32,000 bases of DNA from Hyperthermus butylicus DSM 5456 (GTDB taxonomy: Archaea > Thermoproteota > Thermoprotei_A > Sulfolobales > Pyrodictiaceae): positions 750,001-782,000 of the forward strand of contig NC_008818.1 in assembly GCF_000015145.1 (NCBI RefSeq). Direction: 5' to 3'. The position numbers and the translations under genes are program-made. How positions within the stretch are numbered: the stretch's first letter is position 1; the number at the start of each line of letters is the position of its first letter. Below the pieces are notes generated by a model, which saw nothing but the letters and a program-made list of their open reading frames with translations, had not been told where the DNA came from and ran no database searches. Shown here one piece after another: positions 17,563 to 27,482 of this stretch.

Positions 17563-18666
17563 TTGTTCCTCCTGGTATGGGACCCGCTAACATTCACCGT
17601 GCTCGTGCTTCTCTATGCGGCTGGGTTCCTCCTGCTCCAGCTGCTAGCTATGCGTGTAGCACCCCGCGTAGCTGGGTTCATATCTAGCCGGGTGAGCCTC
17701 TACACCGCGATGCTCATCACGGCCGGCCTCATTGTTGGTGGTGGCCTCATAGCGATCTATGCTATCTACAGCCTAGCTGCGAGTTATGGCTATAGCCTGC
17801 CTATTGGGTTCCTGCTGGCATTCCTCATCGTAGCTAACCTGATGAGCTACCTGCTGGCGCCATACATGATCAATGCTGTTTACAGGGCTAAGCCTGACCC
17901 GGAGCTCCAGCGCATCGTGGACGAGGTTGCTTCGAGGGCTGGTGTTAAGCCGCCAAAGGCTGTTATCGTTGAAGGTCCGCCAAACGCATTCGCCTATGGC
18001 AACTTCCTTACTGGCCGCTACATCGCCGTGTCGAGGAGCCTCTACGAGATTCTGCCCCGCAACGAGCTCGAGGCCGTGGTAGGCCACGAGATTGGCCACC
18101 ACAGGCACCGCGACGTAGTCATAATCATGTTGCTGGGCCTTGTGCCAAGCATACTCTACTACATGGGCGTATGGCTTATACGTATAGGGCTGTGGAGCGG
18201 CGCCTACCGTAGCCGCCGCGAGGGCAACGGCGGCCTGGCCCTTGTCGCTGTGGGCGCGCTGAGCGTGCTGCTAAGCTTCATCATGCAGGTAGCAGTGCTA
18301 ACGTTTAGCAGGCTACGCGAGTACTACGCTGACGCCCATGGAGCTATCGTTGCCGGCGCGAGGCCCATGCAGCGTGCCCTGGCTAGGCTCCACCTCTACT
18401 ATCAGGGCCGTAGGAGGGAAGAGCTAGAGAAGAGCAGTCTGAAGGCACTCTTCATCTACGCACTTGTAGAGGCTGCAGCATCACCATTCTACAGCTACAC
18501 TGGCAGCAGCTGGTCCTGGAGAGGAGACATCGACAGCATCGTCGAGAGGCTGAAGAGGATGGAGGTCAATCCTGCAGAGGAACTGTTCAGCGACCACCCA
18601 CCGATACCCAAGAGGCTAAGGTTCCTTGACAACCTCGAGCAGGCCCTAGGCAAAGCAAGAGTCTAA
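17563..18666 (+). CDS. htpX: HtpX-like M48 membrane zinc metalloprotease
   Basis: TTG start; N-terminal TM segments, 'VVGHEIGHHRHRDVVI' (HEXXH zinc motif), 'REYYADAHGAIV', 'LFSDHPPIPKRLRFL'. Confidence 0.88.
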   Translation: MFLLVWDPLTFTVLVLLYAAGFLLLQLLAMRVAPRVAGFISSRVSLYTAMLITAGLIVGGGLIAIYAIYSLAASYGYSLPIGFLLAFLIVANLMSYLLAPYMINAVYRAKPDPELQRIVDEVASRAGVKPPKAVIVEGPPNAFAYGNFLTGRYIAVSRSLYEILPRNELEAVVGHEIGHHRHRDVVIIMLLGLVPSILYYMGVWLIRIGLWSGAYRSRREGNGGLALVAVGALSVLLSFIMQVAVLTFSRLREYYADAHGAIVAGARPMQRALARLHLYYQGRRREELEKSSLKALFIYALVEAAASPFYSYTGSSWSWRGDIDSIVERLKRMEVNPAEELFSDHPPIPKRLRFLDNLEQALGKARV

Positions 18667-19106
18667 ACAGCCAAGTTTTCACGACACAAAGCCACACTGC
18701 ATGTAATATTTTACAGTGTGGTCTTCAATCCAGCCCCTCAGCAGAGTGGAAACATTCCCCTCCACGGCCCATGCACAACATATGTGCACTATGTTTCAAC
18801 ACGTATAGCCCAGGTTTTTCTCAGCACGTCAATCCTTAGTCACCATAATTATCTTGACGAGCTACGCATGGATATACCAGTGTGTTATTGGCAGCTATAG
18901 CTGATAGGGAGGAGCCTGCTGGATATAAGCAATGATGCGTATAGGTGTGTCTCGTAGCAAGGTGTGTCTTGGCATAGGTTGTACGGGGGTGTTAGCCGGG
19001 TATTCCAGCTATGCTTTCAGTTACCACCGTCTCCCTCTTTCAGCGATGAACCCCTCTACTTAGATGGTGATACGCCATATACCCTACTGCATATGGGTGT
19101 ACCGCC

Positions 19107-19376
19107 TTGGCTCACACGGCTACGCGGTATATCGGGCTAGCTGCTGCTATTGAGAGGGTGCTCCGGGAGCTTGGCGGTAGTGCTGACGTGGATACCGTGC
19201 TTGCTGAGGTTTGGAAGCGCTACGTAGAGGGTGGGGGGCCGGAGAAGGTTACCATGAGGCTGTTCCGCCACCCAGCTGGCTACTACTGGAGCCCCGACGC
19301 TGAGGAGGCACTCTCCGTTCTAGAGGCTGCTGGAAAACTGGTAAGGCGTGGCCGGCACCTCGTGCTCGTTGGCTAG
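19107..19376 (+). CDS. Small hypothetical protein, possibly winged-helix-like
   Basis: 89 aa ORF with plausible helix/turn/helix composition; 4-nt tail-to-tail overlap with the next gene. Confidence 0.5.
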   Translation: MAHTATRYIGLAAAIERVLRELGGSADVDTVLAEVWKRYVEGGGPEKVTMRLFRHPAGYYWSPDAEEALSVLEAAGKLVRRGRHLVLVG

Positions 19377-20899
19377 GCTTTTCTCCTCTTCTTCGCCTCC
19401 TCGTCGAGAGCCTTTATCAGGTCTATGGCCTTTCTTGCTGCTGCCCCGTTCTCCGGTGTTGTGAACACTGCTATTCGGTGCATGCCTAGCTGTGCTAGCT
19501 TCCCAAACCTGCTATACTCCTCAGCCTGCATGGCATCCTTTACGTCTACGAGCCTCCCACTGTTCCTCTCGTAGATGTTTATCTTCTCGAAGCTTGCTAC
19601 GTGGACGCGGAGGGGCCGGATTATTAGTAGCGGGTTTTCCCTCTGCATCTCAACCAGCTCCTCTAGGAGTGGCTTTGCCCAGTCTTCGGCTAGGCCCTTC
19701 TCCAGGTAGTTGCTGTAGATGCCCCAGGCCTCGCGGCTCTCATAGTACGTGTAGTGTTTGGGATGGCGCCTCTCAACTATCATTGCTGCTAGTTTCCTGG
19801 CTTCGCTGCTAGCTTTAACCCTGCCCGCAACGATTTTCTTCATGAGGCTCAGCACCATGTTGTCGTCGAGCATGCCCCAGGCCTGTATTGCCTCCGGCTT
19901 ACTCTCCTCTAGCTCCGGTGGCCGGGGTATGTCCACCTCACAGCCCTGGAGGCCCGGGCATAGCAGACCGTCCCGGGCGAGGACGCCCATGAGCCTCGCG
20001 TAGACAGCATTGTACGCCTCGACCACACGGTGAAGGTATACTTCGCTAAACATGTAGAATCTTGCAAGTAGGAATGTTTCGAGGATGCTTAGCCCTTTAT
20101 CGAGAACTGCTACCTGGCACGCTGACTCGCTTACCCGTACACCGCTCAGATCCTCGCTCTCGGCTAGCAGGAGGGGTGAGGCTATGAGTACTCTTATGAG
20201 CCGGTCTACGTCGAATATGCCGTAGCGTACCCCGGCATAGATGCTGTCGCGGAGCAGGTAGTCCATACGGTCCACATCTAGGCCTCCTGCTATGAGCTGG
20301 TGGAGGACATGTGATGCACACTCGCTGGTGTAGTCCCTTGGAGCTAGCCCCGCGCCCCTCCCCCGGAGGATTAGGAATAGATCCTTGGAGAGGCTGTTGG
20401 TGAAGACTGGCTCGACGCCGGAGGCCGAAGCCATCTCCGCTACTGCTGGTATGAGGCTGTAGGTGTACTCCTCGTGACGGAGGGGTATACCCTCGAACTC
20501 CGATACCTGGAATACCCTGCGGGCCTCAACTATGCCGGATTCACTGGCATGGCTGAAGGGTAAGTGGCCGATATCGTGTACCAGTGCTGCCAGCTGGAAT
20601 ACCTCGATGCTGCGGAGCAGCGTGTTTGCAAACTCCTCGCCGCCCACGCCACGGTAGTGGGTTCTCGTGTTGCCAGCAAGGAACACTAGGGCCTCCTTTG
20701 CGAGGTGAGCAGCGCCAAGGCTATGGTTGAACCTGCTATGCTCCATACCGTGGTACACAAGGTACGCGAAACCGGTCTGCCTTATACCGCGAAGCCTCTG
20801 CATAACCCACGAGTCTACGACGGGTACAAGCTTGCCGCAAAGGTCGACATAGCCGTGGACCGGGTCCTTGAAGCTCTTTATCGGCGTACACCAGTCCAT
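19373..20899 (-). CDS. HD-domain phosphohydrolase (dNTPase-like)
   Basis: 'FKDPVHGYVDL', 'QRLRGIRQTGFAYLVYHGMEHSRFNHSLGAAHLA', 'AALVHDIGHLPFSHASE', 'LDVDRMDYLLRDSIYAGVRYG'. Confidence 0.9.
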   Translation of the reverse strand: MDWCTPIKSFKDPVHGYVDLCGKLVPVVDSWVMQRLRGIRQTGFAYLVYHGMEHSRFNHSLGAAHLAKEALVFLAGNTRTHYRGVGGEEFANTLLRSIEVFQLAALVHDIGHLPFSHASESGIVEARRVFQVSEFEGIPLRHEEYTYSLIPAVAEMASASGVEPVFTNSLSKDLFLILRGRGAGLAPRDYTSECASHVLHQLIAGGLDVDRMDYLLRDSIYAGVRYGIFDVDRLIRVLIASPLLLAESEDLSGVRVSESACQVAVLDKGLSILETFLLARFYMFSEVYLHRVVEAYNAVYARLMGVLARDGLLCPGLQGCEVDIPRPPELEESKPEAIQAWGMLDDNMVLSLMKKIVAGRVKASSEARKLAAMIVERRHPKHYTYYESREAWGIYSNYLEKGLAEDWAKPLLEELVEMQRENPLLIIRPLRVHVASFEKINIYERNSGRLVDVKDAMQAEEYSRFGKLAQLGMHRIAVFTTPENGAAARKAIDLIKALDEEAKKRRKA

Positions 20900-20984
20900 A
20901 CCGCTAGCAGCCCTCCCCTAACCGAGGGATACTCCGGGCTACTAGAAATGCAGGTTCCAGCCCCGAGGCGGGGAGGCCGGGCTA

Positions 20985-20993
20985 GTTAAATAG
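20985..20993 (+). promoter_or_regulatory. Putative TATA box for rps26e
   Basis: 'GTTAAATAG' about 40 nt upstream of the ATG at 21032; archaeal TATA-like. Not tested. Confidence 0.35.
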
Positions 20994-21031
20994 GCTCCAG
21001 CAGCCTCCTCTTTTGGCCCGGGGCTACAGGT

Positions 21032-21322
21032 ATGCCTAAGAAGAGGCAGAATAGGGGTAGGCACAAGGGCGATAAGGGCCGTACAAGACTAGTACAGTGC
21101 GACAACTGTGGCAGGCTAATCCCACGCGACAAGGCTATATGTATAACCAAGTGGTACACCCCGGTGGACCCGCAGCTGGCAAGAGAGCTAGAGAAGAAGG
21201 GCGCCATCATAATGAAGTACCCTGTCGAGAAGTGCTACTGTGTCAGCTGCGCCATACACTATGGCATAATCAAGGTTCGCCCCGAGGAGGAGAGGAAGGC
21301 CATACGCGGCCCAGTCATCTAG
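21032..21322 (+). CDS. rps26e: 30S ribosomal protein S26e
   Basis: 'MPKKRQNRGRHKGDKGRTRLVQCDNCGRLIPRDKAICI...KCYCVSCAIHYGIIKVRP'. Confidence 0.95.
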   Translation: MPKKRQNRGRHKGDKGRTRLVQCDNCGRLIPRDKAICITKWYTPVDPQLARELEKKGAIIMKYPVEKCYCVSCAIHYGIIKVRPEEERKAIRGPVI

Positions 21323-21474
21323 CCCCACGCATTACTCAAACCATGTTTTTACGCTTCAAAAGCAGTGAACCCAAGCTACTCCTCATCCTCCCATCCATGG
21401 AAACGGCTAGGTTGTTACCAGCCATCTCTGCTACGAACACCTAGCATACTACTAGCCAGCCCGGTGAACCTGCT

Positions 21475-22086
21475 ATGAAAACTGTGGCGGAAGTACCCAG
21501 GCTTGAGCCTAGCTATACGCTCGTCTGGGTTGCCTATGCAAGAGAGCCAGCCAACTCTCCCCCCAAGCGGTGGACCGGGCTAGTGGGATATGGTAGGCTC
21601 GACATCCTCGTAAGGGTTGTCCTTGCAGCACTGTACCCTGGCGGGGTGCGTGACCCCCACTCGCTCCTCATAGCCTTCCTCGACTCCACCAAGCCCCGAG
21701 CAATAGTCCTTACCGGGGACTGTCTCCCCCAGAGGGCGGTCTACGAGAGCGACATCGGGGCATACATTCTCGAGGCTCTGCGGGGCGAGAGGTGTAAGAG
21801 CTACATAGTTTCTGGCGGGCTTAGAGAGTTAATCGCCTGGCTGAAGAGCCAGGGGTACCGCGTTGTCGTGCTCCATGAGTCTGGGCGCCCCTTTACAGGC
21901 TACCAGCCCTACACTGCCTACATCCTCGGGCTCCGCGATGACCCACCTCTCGGCGTGGGGGAGGATGCCGTAGAATCGCTTGGGGCTAGAAGCTATCTCG
22001 CAAGCCACGTGACTGCATTCATAAGGCTCGCATCCTCTATACCACTTGGACTCCAGAGGACCACGCAAGCTGGTGATGAGGGTTAA
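21475..22086 (+). CDS. trmY: TrmY-like SPOUT methyltransferase (tRNA pseudouridine-54 N1-methyltransferase family)
   Basis: 'GRLDILVRVVLAAL', 'LTGDCLPQRAVYESDIGAYILEAL', 'IVSGGLRELIAWLKSQGYRVVVLHESGRP', 'YILGLRDDPPLG' align with TrmY landmarks, though with divergence at the usual LGDH motif. Confidence 0.65.
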   Translation: MKTVAEVPRLEPSYTLVWVAYAREPANSPPKRWTGLVGYGRLDILVRVVLAALYPGGVRDPHSLLIAFLDSTKPRAIVLTGDCLPQRAVYESDIGAYILEALRGERCKSYIVSGGLRELIAWLKSQGYRVVVLHESGRPFTGYQPYTAYILGLRDDPPLGVGEDAVESLGARSYLASHVTAFIRLASSIPLGLQRTTQAGDEG

Positions 22087-22304
22087 AAGCGGCCATAGGC
22101 CCTCGCCACGGGGGCCGATGGGCTGAGCCAGGCCGCTGAAGCACTCCACACAAAACAACAATAATACCGTAGGCCAGCCGGTAGCACCATAGCCACTGGG
22201 AGTGTTACCCAGGACTTATAGGCTGCCATCTCTCCAGCCTGTCAGGTGTTGAGGCTACCGGCTTGATAACCAGCACCGTCAAATCCTAGGCTTGGGGGTC
22301 TGCT

Positions 22305-22508
22305 GTGGGCAAGGTGCTCGTAGCAGTCGTGCTAGAGGAGGAGTACGCTAGGAGGCTTGAAGAGATTGCAAAGCGTAAGGGGATAACGATTGGCGAGGCT
22401 CTGGAGGAGGCGCTGAAAACACTACTCATTGGAGAGCCTAGTACTTCTTCCCAAGCCTTATACTCGTCACTGCGGGGCGGCCGCATACAGGGCATTGCTT
22501 GCCATTAA
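22305..22508 (+). CDS. Small RHH/CopG-like protein (orphan antitoxin or regulator)
   Basis: 'VLVAVVLEEEYARRLEEIAKRKGITIGEALEEALKTLL' resembles a ribbon-helix-helix domain; the C-terminal third overlaps the 3' end of proS. Confidence 0.55.
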   Translation: MGKVLVAVVLEEEYARRLEEIAKRKGITIGEALEEALKTLLIGEPSTSSQALYSSLRGGRIQGIACH

Positions 22509-23896
22509 CCCAGCTGGGCCTCTCCAGCGGCGAGCCAAGTACGCCTGCATCAACCATTTCTTCCAGTTTGAGTCCACATTCCTCCCGGCCACACCACGGG
22601 ATCTCTACTATACCCCTCTCCTCCTCGAGTATCCTACGTGCCTCCTCTATGGTCTCGACACGCTTAACCATCGTACTTAGCCACTGCCAAGCTTTCTCGC
22701 GTAGGTTTCTCCTTATGTCCTCGAACAGCTTTGCCCGGAAGTCTGGTAGCTCTTCAAAGCTTAACCACGGTCTTCTCTAGGGTGTCCCTACGGGCTACGA
22801 GAACCGTGCCAGTCTCGGCTTCACGTAGCCCAACCTCGATGCGTACTGGTACGCCCTTGGCCTCCCACTCGTAGAACTTCCTACCTGGCCTCACATCCTC
22901 ACGGTCATCCACGCGGAACCTTATCCCAGCCTTCTTCAACACCTCCTTAACCTTCTCGAGATGCTCAGCTACCAGCCTCTTCTTTTCCTCGTCATCTCCA
23001 GCTGGTATTGGTATAACCACTACCTGTATGGGAGCCACGTTTGGCGGCAACACAGCACCACGATCATCGCCATGTATTGCTATTACCGTGGCTACTATGC
23101 GGTCACTTATACCGTAGCTTGTCTGCCACGCATAGTCGATACTTTCGTCGCGCAACTGTATCTTGACGTCAAAGGGTACCGTGAAGTTCTGGCCCAGGTG
23201 GTGAACCGTGCCTATCTGCAGCGTCTTACCATCCGGCATAATGGTGTCAAAGGCCACGGTATAGACTGCACCGGCGAACTTGTCCCATTCCGGCCTCCGG
23301 CTAATCACATAGGGTATGCCTAGCTCGTCGAATATCTTCTTGTAGAGCTCTATAGCCTCGGCAACCTGGCGGTCCGCGTCAGCGAAACTATCGTGCACCG
23401 TGTGGGCCTCCTTGAACGTGGTTACCTCACGCAGCCTTATCATCGGCCTCGTAGCCTTCGTCTCGTAGCGGAATATGCTGACTATCTGGTAGTACTTCTT
23501 TGGGAGCTGACGATAGCTCTTAATCCAGAAGCTCTCCATGTAGGTTATGCTTGTCTCGCTTGTTGGACGCAGCGCAAGCTTCACGTCAAGGGGCTCGTGC
23601 CCGCCATGGGTTACCCAGTAGACCTCACCCTCGAAGCCGCGTATGTGCTCGCTCTCCTTCCTCAAGAGGTGCTCTGGGATCAGTAGAGGCATCAGTATTT
23701 CCTCGTGCCCCGTAGAGTCCAGAACCTCCCTTACTAGTTCTATGATTCTACGGCGCAGCTGGAACCCGTAGGGCAGCCATATACCCATGCCCTTGACGGG
23801 GTAGCGTCCATAGTCGTAGAAGCCTGCCTCCTCGAGAATCCAGTCGAACCAGCGGGGGAACTCTCTCCTCCACCGGTCCCGGCTAGCACCCGGCAA
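22438..23896 (-). CDS. proS: Prolyl-tRNA synthetase, archaeal/eukaryotic type, frameshifted as sequenced (track ORFs 22754..23896 and 22438..22671)
   Basis: N-terminal ORF has class II motifs (e.g. '[47 protein letters not shown]'). The downstream ORF has the C-terminal zinc-type domain '[18 protein letters not shown]...[20 protein letters not shown]'. Removing one A from the AAA run at 22756-22758 joins them via '[51 protein letters not shown]'. Confidence 0.93.
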
Positions 23897-24018
23897 GGGC
23901 TGTGGTACCTCGCAAAAGCCTCGGTGGCTAAAGGGATAACATAGGTGGGCTATAAAGGCTGGGCTCCCAGTGTGTAAAAATGCTTGTCTGACCTAGCGAG
24001 GAACGGACCAGCCTATGA

Positions 24019-24342
24019 TTAGCCGGTGAAGATTATCAGTATTGCTACCAGCAGACCATAGATGGCGATACCTTCGCCGAGCACTAGGTAGATCAGCAGC
24101 TTACCGCTGACCTCGGGCTTCTCAGCCACTGCCGCGCTTGCAGCACTACCAGTCCTTCCAAGCGCAATGCCTGCACCAATAGCGCTAAGACCCATTGCCA
24201 AGGCGGCAGCAATAGCCTTCCAGCCCTTTGCAGCAGCCTCCGCAGCTGCTACAGCATCTTCCTGAGCAGCCGCGACTAGGGTTGTTGCAGCGAGTAGCGA
24301 TAGAGCCGTGAAGAGTACTAGACCTAGGACAGCCCTCCTCAT
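24019..24342 (-). CDS. atpK: A-type ATP synthase subunit K (c-ring proteolipid) with N-terminal signal sequence
   Basis: 'MRRAVLGLVLFTALSLLAATTLVAAAQ' then 'GWKAIAAALAMGLSAIGAGIALGRTGSAASAAVAEKPEVSGKLLIYLVLGEGIAIYGLLVAILI'. The track ORF begins at 24378, but a TATA-like site there favours the MRRAV start at 24342. Confidence 0.9.
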   Translation of the reverse strand: MRRAVLGLVLFTALSLLAATTLVAAAQEDAVAAAEAAAKGWKAIAAALAMGLSAIGAGIALGRTGSAASAAVAEKPEVSGKLLIYLVLGEGIAIYGLLVAILIIFTG

Positions 24343-24376
24343 GGCATGAGCACCGCTCTGCGGGTTTGGGGGGCTC

Positions 24377-24386
24377 AATATAAAAA
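24377..24386 (-). promoter_or_regulatory. Putative TATA box for atpK
   Basis: Minus-strand 'TTTTTATATT' about 35 nt upstream of the MRRAV start codon. Confidence 0.35.
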
Positions 24387-24499
24387 GATTGCCTAAATCT
24401 CGCTCGTACCGGAAATATTGGTTACATTACACGGGTTCAACAGCTTAATAGAGCCTCTAGGCTGCATGCACCGACACTCTGCGGGGGTGACATACGGGA

Positions 24500-25318
24500 T
24501 TGCTAGCGCTCATATACTCTGCACGCGATCCAGCCGGTTCGGGCACCGCCAGGATAATCAGGGAGCTACTTGGCGGGGATAGGTGTAGCCTGCCACGCGC
24601 AGTAGAGTGCACACTACTAAGCAACGGGGTCTACCTGGTTGGCTTCGATGCTGACAGTATATTCCTCGACTTCCTCGGCGAGGTACTCCCCGCCAATATT
24701 GAGGGCTACGTGGTGCTTAGCAGGCATAGCGGCGGCAAGCCGAGTCTAACAGTCCACCACACGGGCAACCCAGGCCCCGAGGCACCCTATGGGGGTAAGC
24801 CGTGGAGCCTCGCACCAGCATGGCCACGTACTGCCGCGGGACTATTGAGGACCTACAGGCGGGTGGCAGAGGAGATGGGGCTTACGGGAGAGTTCCAGGT
24901 AACCCTCGAGGCTACCCACCATGGCCCCACAGAGCTGGAGAAACCTATAGTCTTCATCGAGATCGGTAGTAGTGAGAGGGAGTGGGTTAGGAGGGATACA
25001 CAGAATGCTATGGCCGAGACTGTGATTAGGTTCATGGAGCGCGATCTTGTAAGCGTTGAGTGTAGCAAGGTTGCAATAGGTATTGGCGATACCCACTACC
25101 CAATTAAGCACACACGTAACGTGCTAGAGAGGGGGTACTGCTACAGCCACATATTCTCTAAGCACGTCCTGGACAACCTCACCCTTGAGCTGCTAGAGCA
25201 GGCGCTGGAAAAGACGAGGGACAAGGTGGACACCGTGGTTCTGGCAAAGGTTCCATCGCGGGTTAAACAACTCGCGAGGAGCTTCGCTGAAAAGTACGGG
25301 CTCCAGCTGGAAAAGTAG
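24500..25318 (+). CDS. dtdA: D-aminoacyl-tRNA deacylase (archaeal/plant DtdA type)
   Basis: 'YVVLSRHSGGKPSLTVHHTGNPG', 'VTLEATHHGPTELEKPIVFIEIGSSEREW', 'AIGIGDTHYPIKHTRNVLE', 'GYCYSHIFSKH'. Confidence 0.92.
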   Translation: MLALIYSARDPAGSGTARIIRELLGGDRCSLPRAVECTLLSNGVYLVGFDADSIFLDFLGEVLPANIEGYVVLSRHSGGKPSLTVHHTGNPGPEAPYGGKPWSLAPAWPRTAAGLLRTYRRVAEEMGLTGEFQVTLEATHHGPTELEKPIVFIEIGSSEREWVRRDTQNAMAETVIRFMERDLVSVECSKVAIGIGDTHYPIKHTRNVLERGYCYSHIFSKHVLDNLTLELLEQALEKTRDKVDTVVLAKVPSRVKQLARSFAEKYGLQLEK

Positions 25319-25327
25319 AGGGACAAA

Positions 25328-25990
25328 CTAGGCGAGGCCTTCTCCGCCGCGGCGACGGGCTAGGCGACGCTTGAGCGTCTTCAGCCTTACAACCTCTTCT
25401 CTCATACGGTCGTCCAATACTAGCTTGATGTACTTTATACTGGACTCGTAGCTAGGTATGATGCTATAGTCTAGGGCGTTGAGCAGCCTCTGGGTCTCCT
25501 TTAGCTCCCTCAGCAGCTTCCTTAGCGCAGCCTCGGACTCCACAACTCGTATAAGGTCTTCGAGCGCCTCGAGCATTTTCCTCCTAGCTTCATACACCCT
25601 TGCTGGCAACCTTACAGCGGAGATAGCAGCCTCTGGCACCGTCTCCTTGCGCAGCCGGAAGCCTGGCGTCTTAACCGCGAATAGCACACGCTCGTACACT
25701 GATAGTCTTAGGCTCTCAGGTAGCCTCTCAATAATTGGCTTTGCCTGCTCGAGCCCACCAACAGCTGCTAGAGCCATAAAGAACTCTCCGTAGGCTTCCG
25801 CTAGCCGGCGGGCTGCCTCCTGGTAAGCTCTCTGATAATCGGCGCCAACCTGCCTTATGTAGAGGAGTAGTACGTCACGCTTCTCCTCAATAACCTTCCT
25901 TATTCTACGGAGCGTTGCTAGCTCGCGGCGGAGCCTGATAAGGTTAATCTTTGTTGGCAGTACTCGAGAGCCACCGAACTGTAGTGACAA
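25328..25990 (-). CDS. atpD: A-type ATP synthase subunit D
   Basis: '[37 protein letters not shown]' and '[47 protein letters not shown]'-like C-terminal region (track text: [18 protein letters not shown]...). Confidence 0.93.
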   Translation of the reverse strand: [220 protein letters not shown]

Positions 25991-25993
25991 GCG

Positions 25994-27442
25994 CTACTTC
26001 CCTCCGCTGCTCTGGCTCTGCTTCTTGCGGTACTTGGGGTGGTATTTCCTGATGTACTCGTCCTTGATCTTGTATAGCTCTGATTCTGGCAGTATTGATA
26101 GGATTTCCCATGCTAGGTCTAGCGTCTCCTCGATGCTGCGATTCTCGTAGAAGCCCTGCTTTAGGAATCTCTGCTCGAAGGCCTCGCCGAACCTTAGGTA
26201 CTTGCGATCTACCTCGCTCAGGCTCTCCTCGCCCACAATGGCTGCGAGGCTCCTCAGCTCAACAGCCCTGCTGTAAGCAGTGTATAGCTGGTCAGAGACG
26301 TTTGCATGGTCCTCTCTGGTCTTGCCAGGGCCTATACCCTCTTTCATGAGCCTCGAGAGGCTCATGAGCACGTTTATTGGCGGGTAGATGCCCCTGTTGT
26401 GCAGTTCTCTGCTGAGCACTATCTGGCCCTCGGTAATGTAGCCTGTTAGGTCTGGTATCGGGTGTGTTATGTCGTCGTTGGGCATTGTTAGGATGGGCAT
26501 CTGGGTTATGCTGCCCTTCCTGCCGTGGGCTCTGCCGGCTCTCTCGTATATGCTTGCTAGGTCGCTGTACATGTAGCCTGGGTAGCCCTGCCTGCCGGGC
26601 ACCTCTTCACGTGCCGCGCTTATCTCACGCAGGGCCTCACAGTAGTTAGTCATGTCTGTAAGTATGACTAGGACATGCATGCCTAGATCGAATGCTAGGT
26701 GCTCTGCTAGTGTCAAGGCTACCCTCGGCGTGATTAGGCGAACGCTAGCAGGCTCGTCTGCAAGGTTGATGAACAGCGCCGCTCTCTTTATGGCGCCTGT
26801 CTCCTCGAAGAACCTCTTGAAGAATATTGCCTCATCATACATTACGCCTATTGCTGCGAATACTACGGCGAACTCCTCGCCGCTACGCACAGTTGCCTGC
26901 CTTGCTATCTGTACGGCGAGCTTGTTGTGTGGGAGACCGCTGCCGCTGAATATTGGCAGCTTCTGGCCTCTGACCATGGTGTTCATGCCGTCTATGGCTG
27001 AAATACCTGTCTGAATGAAGTCCTCTGGGTAGGCTCTCGCCGCGGGGTTTAGGGGCTCGCCATTGATGTCGCGGCGTACACCACTGGTTATCGGTGGACC
27101 ACCATCTATGGGATCTCCGAGGCCGTTAAACACTCTGCCTAGCATCTCGTCGGAGACCTTTATCTCTAGCGTCCTGCCGAGGAACCGTACCTTTGTACCA
27201 GTCACCGAAATGCCAGTAGTGCCCTCAAACACCTGGACTACAGCATAGCCCCGCGCTGTCTCGAGAACCCTACCCCTCCTCCGCTCGCCGCTCGGCAGCT
27301 CAACCTCTACAATCTCGTCGTAGGCTGCATCGCTTATACCCTCAACTATGAGTAGTGGACCCCTAACCTCCCTAATCGTCTCATACTCCCTTATCACAGG
27401 TGAAGGACCCATAGCAGCCTCCATAGCTCGACCCCTCATCAA
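25994..27442 (-). CDS. atpB: A-type ATP synthase subunit B
   Basis: '[41 protein letters not shown]', '[28 protein letters not shown]'-like segment (track: [20 protein letters not shown]). Confidence 0.97.
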
Positions 27443-27482
27443 CCAGAGGCGGGTGAGGGATAAAAGACCCCGACTAGGCTGC

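Noticed and set aside
22073-22139. Possible C/D box sRNA (GTGATGA ... CTGA)
   Set aside because: The C-box-like sequence is the trmY C-terminal coding end, and no convincing D'/C' pair is present.
22961-23686. Plus-strand ORFs of 120 and 97 aa opposite proS
   Set aside because: They lie antisense to clearly conserved ProRS motifs; no independent support.
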